Assembly: GCF_032191835.1 (NCBI RefSeq)
Contig: NC_083227.1
Location: forward strand, 17,174,001-17,238,000
Direction of reading: 5' to 3'
DNA: 64,000 nt
DNA from: Heteronotia binoei
Taxonomy: Eukaryota
Shown: positions 59,031-64,000 of the stretch, piece by piece
Position numbering within the stretch: position 1 is the first letter of the stretch
Layout: every line of letters starts with the position of its first letter
The notes under the pieces: model-generated
Told to the model about the DNA's origin: nothing
Databases searched by the model: none
The model's input: only the letters and a program-made list of their open reading frames with translations
Program-made: the position numbers and the translations under genes

Positions 59031-59188
59031 CATCAGCTCTCAGAAGCTAAGCAGGGCTAGTATTTGGATGGGAGACTTCCAAGGAATATGGGGCCAAGAC
59101 AGAGGTATGCATGGTAAACCACCTTTTAAGTATCTTGCCTTTAAAACCCTATGGGATCACTGTAAGTCAGTTGTGATTTGATGGCGCT
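59031..59188 (+). mobile_element. 5S-derived SINE (decayed)
   Basis: CTCAGAAGCTAAGCAGGGCTAGTATTTGGATGGGAGAC; a further copy is at ~60630-60810 on the minus strand. Confidence 0.6.
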
Positions 59189-60023
59189 TCCCCCCCCAGG
59201 GCCAGTGCTAGGCTTTCTGGCACCCTAGGTGACTCACCCACTAGCACCCCTCCTCCCCCCCATTATTAAAAAATATAGGGAAAATGAAGAGCGCCAAATT
59301 TGAAACTTTTTACATTTTTAATTTTTTTTATAAAAAATATGATAAGTTATTTAAAAAGTTGTGAGAATAAGTGCTTGCTAGCCATGCCAGGAAGCTGGGA
59401 TAGGATGAGGTGGGAGGCCAAGTCACACATCGGGGAGAGGGGGATGGCTTGGCTTTGTTGAGGGCAGCTTGGGGTTGGGAGAGGACAAGGTGACAGTGGT
59501 CAGGAGCCAGAATCATACGTCGGGGAAGGGACACTCAGTGATGCCTCCTAGGCCAGGTGGTGCCCTAGGTGACTGCCTACTTTGCCTACTCCCACGCACC
59601 GGCCCTGCCACCACCAATGAGAGGCCATCACTGCATGCAGTGAGTGCCATAAGTTAATTATATGTTGTGTTTAAACATTTTTGTCTGTCTTAAATTTACT
59701 GCATCACTGAAAGACATTCCATTCTTGAATCTATAACTGAGAGGCATTCACATTCTAATGTTTATGGGAAGATGGAGAAATAAATTCTCTACAGCTTGCA
59801 TAATTTTTTTAATGCCCTCTTCTGCCATGGCTCCTTCAATTTCTGTCATGCCCTCTTCTTTCCCCTCTTGTCTATACTGAACACCCATGTACTTTTTGCC
59901 CTGTGCTTGCAGGTAAGGTGTTTTGACTTGACCATTTTGATTGTCTTTCTCTGCATCTTTTCCAGCCTTATGAGATCTCTTTTTGAGATGGTGACCTTGC
60001 CAAGTATACCACTAGGTCCCAAT

Positions 60024-60542
60024 CAATACTCCCTCTAAGACAGAGGCGGCCAAACTTGCTTTATGTAAGAGCCACATAGAAAAAACATCAGATATCTGAG
60101 AGCTGCAAGACATGAACATCAGGTGTTTGAGAGCCACAATACAGGGAGGGAGGGAGAAAGGGAAGGAGGGAGGGAGGTGGAAGGGAGAGGTGGAAAGAAA
60201 GCAACTTTAATTTTAAATGCATTCTCCAAGCTACCGACTGGCTTGGCGAAGAGATTTAAAGATAGAAACACTGATGGGGCAGTGGGGGCTTTGAGAGCCA
60301 TACAATATGTGTGAAAGAGCCACATTTGGCTCCTGAGCCACAGTTTGGCTACCCCTGCTCTAAGCTGTGGAGTCTTGTGAGCAAAAATTCTACTTCATGA
60401 GCTATTGGCATTAAAGTTGTGAGCTACTGCATAAATAAGTTTGCTCTGGGTCTATCCTTCCTAAGCTAAGACAAAAATGTGTGAGCTGGGGGCTAAAAAA
60501 CTGTGAGATAACTCACACTAACTCAGCTTAGAGGGAACGCTG
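60024..60542. mobile_element. CCCTCTAAG-TIR MITE with nested hAT element (60041-60357)
   Basis: Outer TSD GTCCCAAT / GTGCCAAT; inner TSD CTCTAAGA / CTCTAAGC, with the inner element inserted in the outer element's own TIR. Confidence 0.85.
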
Positions 60543-61159
60543 GTGCCAATATGGAATTTCTTTGGTTCAGACTCTCTAAACCAGAGATACTCACCCTGTG
60601 GCTCACAGAGAACCACAGTTGCTGTAAGCCAATTTACCGCAATCCTGTAGGGGTTTCAAGGTAAAAAAGACATTCAGAGGTGGTTTGTCATTGCCCATCT
60701 CTATGTAGCAGCCATGGATTTCCCAGGTGATTTCCCATCCAAGTACTAACCCTGCTTAGTTTCTGAGAATTTACAAGACCAGGTTAGCTTGGGTCACTCA
60801 GGTCAGGGCACATTTACAATTATCTTCAATCAGAATAATCATATTTACTTCCATCCCTGGCTTGAGGCCTGCAACTCAGGGAAGCTCACAGTTTACCTTT
60901 TCCTCCAATGGTGGCTTTTTCACGGTAGAAACCACGTGCCAAACACAATCCCCACTGGCCTTTCCAGGAATAGGGCAAGTGCCTCATTGGGGAACCGCGC
61001 TCAGAAGAACCACAAGTGGCCTGTCAAAAGCCACGTGTAATTCCCAAGCTTCTGAGTTAGTAGTGTTGCTCCAGATGGAATTAGGCCCCATGTTATACCT
61101 TCATTATTTAATCTCCCACGTGGGAGTTATTGTTTCTCTTCCTACCTCAATTAATATAA

Positions 61160-62389
<1,230 letters not shown>

Positions 62390-64000
62390 GCTGTTTGAGT
62401 GCAGAAGTCACAGATGGTGCTCACATCTGCTGATAGAGGAGAACCCACACAGGAGAGCCATTGTGCAAGAGCTCAGATAGTGGGAAATGACCTGTGGTCA
62501 GAGATTGCTCCATATGATGTATCTATAAACAGAAGCATGTGGGAGCAATAATTTTTTCCTGACTACAGGTGCAGGTTTGGGTCTTGTGCCACTAATGACC
62601 GGATAATTTTGCTGGAGAAAGAATTTCTGAACTTTTCCATCAGGGGTTGAATCTTCCGCTCCACATAGTAACCACCAGAGAATCTAATGCAATTTCAGAG
62701 GCAAATGGCCATAGAATTACAGAGCTGGTAGTAACTGTCATTGGTCATCTAGCCCTTTGCAGCAGCTAAAAATACTTTTAAAATTATATTTAAAACCTAG
62801 CCTAGTAATGTTGATGCATTGTATTTTAATAAGGATAGTGGAGTTAATTCTGCTATGCGCCTGCATTTTTTGGGAACTTTTCTCACTGTCCATAGTCCAG
62901 CCTCATGTTTTTTTTATGGTGCCATTTCCTGATTTGGAAAAAACCAAACTAATGAAATAGATAGGAAGGAGAAGGAAATCTGATGTTCTAGAAGCATGAT
63001 AGATAGAATCAATTGTATGCTCTGTGCCCCTTCCCCAAGATAAGGCTACAGTGAACACATATATAATCTGTGTACAGTGTACATTTGATTTTTCTTTATA
63101 CATGCATTGAGTGATTCTCACATCACATTCAATGAGTGATTGGAACCACACATTTATGCAGGTTCTGGTTCCTGATTTGTATAGTGAATGCACATTGGCT
63201 CTTCCTTACAAACAAATGTATGCAGGATGTATGTGCATTCACAGTAACATGTGAATGGGGCTTGTGATAAGCCCTCGTACCAAAGCCCTGATTGAGGAAG
63301 GAACTTTATGATATTAAACCTTCCAGTCCCCAGTAGCCACATATTCTCAGGAGGAGCTGGAACCAAGGTCTGTTGCCTATTGCTATCTGTACCTTGTGTT
63401 ACTATTCCTTGGCAGAGTTTATGTGCAACTTTTAGCCCAGGAATGAAGTCAGACATCCTCTTCTCTAGAATCTCAGGCAGAAAAAGTTCTTTCCTAACAC
63501 TAGAGATCAAACTTGGGGGGGGGGGGGCTTTCTGCATGTAAAGCAAGTGTTTCTACTGGTTTTGGACAGAGAGATGTCTTTCCCAGCCTAAGATTTTTTG
63601 ACATTGGTAATTCCAGGGATTGAACCTAGAACTTTCTGCATGCAAAACGGGCTCTAACCACTGAACCACAGGCCCTTCCTGCAGCTGGGTTGATGGAGAG
63701 TCATGGAGTATACTGTAAAACTGCCATACTAGTTAACCATGTGAGCATCCAGGAGGGGAAAGAAATGAAAGTGACATGCTTGTTTCTATGGCCAGGTAGG
63801 AAAATGAGTATATAAGAAGTCCAACTGAATCAGAGCAATGGTCCATCTAGTCCAGCATCCTGTCTCACTCAGTGGTCAATCAGTTCCTCTGGATGGCCAA
63901 TAGCGTTGCCAGGTCTGTGTTGGGAATTGCCTGGATACTTTAAGAGCGGATCCAGGAGCAGGTGGGGTTTGGGGAGGGTGGGGCCTCAGCATAGTACAAT

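Noticed and set aside
59880-60000. Possible canonical KRAB exon between the ZF-4 middle and last exons
   Set aside because: Acceptor-like sites are present but no frame gives a VTFEDVAV/W..LD/MLENY pattern; no canonical KRAB-A was seen anywhere in the window.

Overview
Vertebrate genomic DNA from a squamate reptile, most likely a gecko; this is inferred from the SINE/MITE repertoire and was not confirmed by a database search. The window holds four paralogous SCAN/C2H2 zinc-finger genes: ZF-1 (minus, ~5.9-10.2 kb), ZF-2 (minus, ~19.8-23.5 kb), ZF-3 (minus, ~39.8-43.0 kb) and ZF-4 (plus, ~54.4-62.4 kb). Each has the same three coding exons: a SCAN exon ending in phase 0, a 100-130 nt middle exon (phase 0 to 1) and a large finger exon with 13, 11, 9 and 11 fingers. 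The middle exon lines up in register with a KRAB-A exon but has lost the aromatic and MLE residues. Only ZF-3 has a fully normal SCAN exon; the other three are altered in three different ways while their finger arrays stay open. The rest is dense transposon debris: CR1, L2 and L1-like LINE fragments, four SINE families, many hAT-type MITEs (often nested), a Gypsy-type solo LTR and Penelope-like hairpins carrying hammerhead-ribozyme cores. There is also a 1.16-kb loopless palindrome built from ~154-bp units inside a ZF-4 intron, and one 291-N assembly gap. Exon boundaries were read by eye from GT/AG signals and frame continuity and are not transcript-confirmed. Repeat family names come from recalled consensus features.
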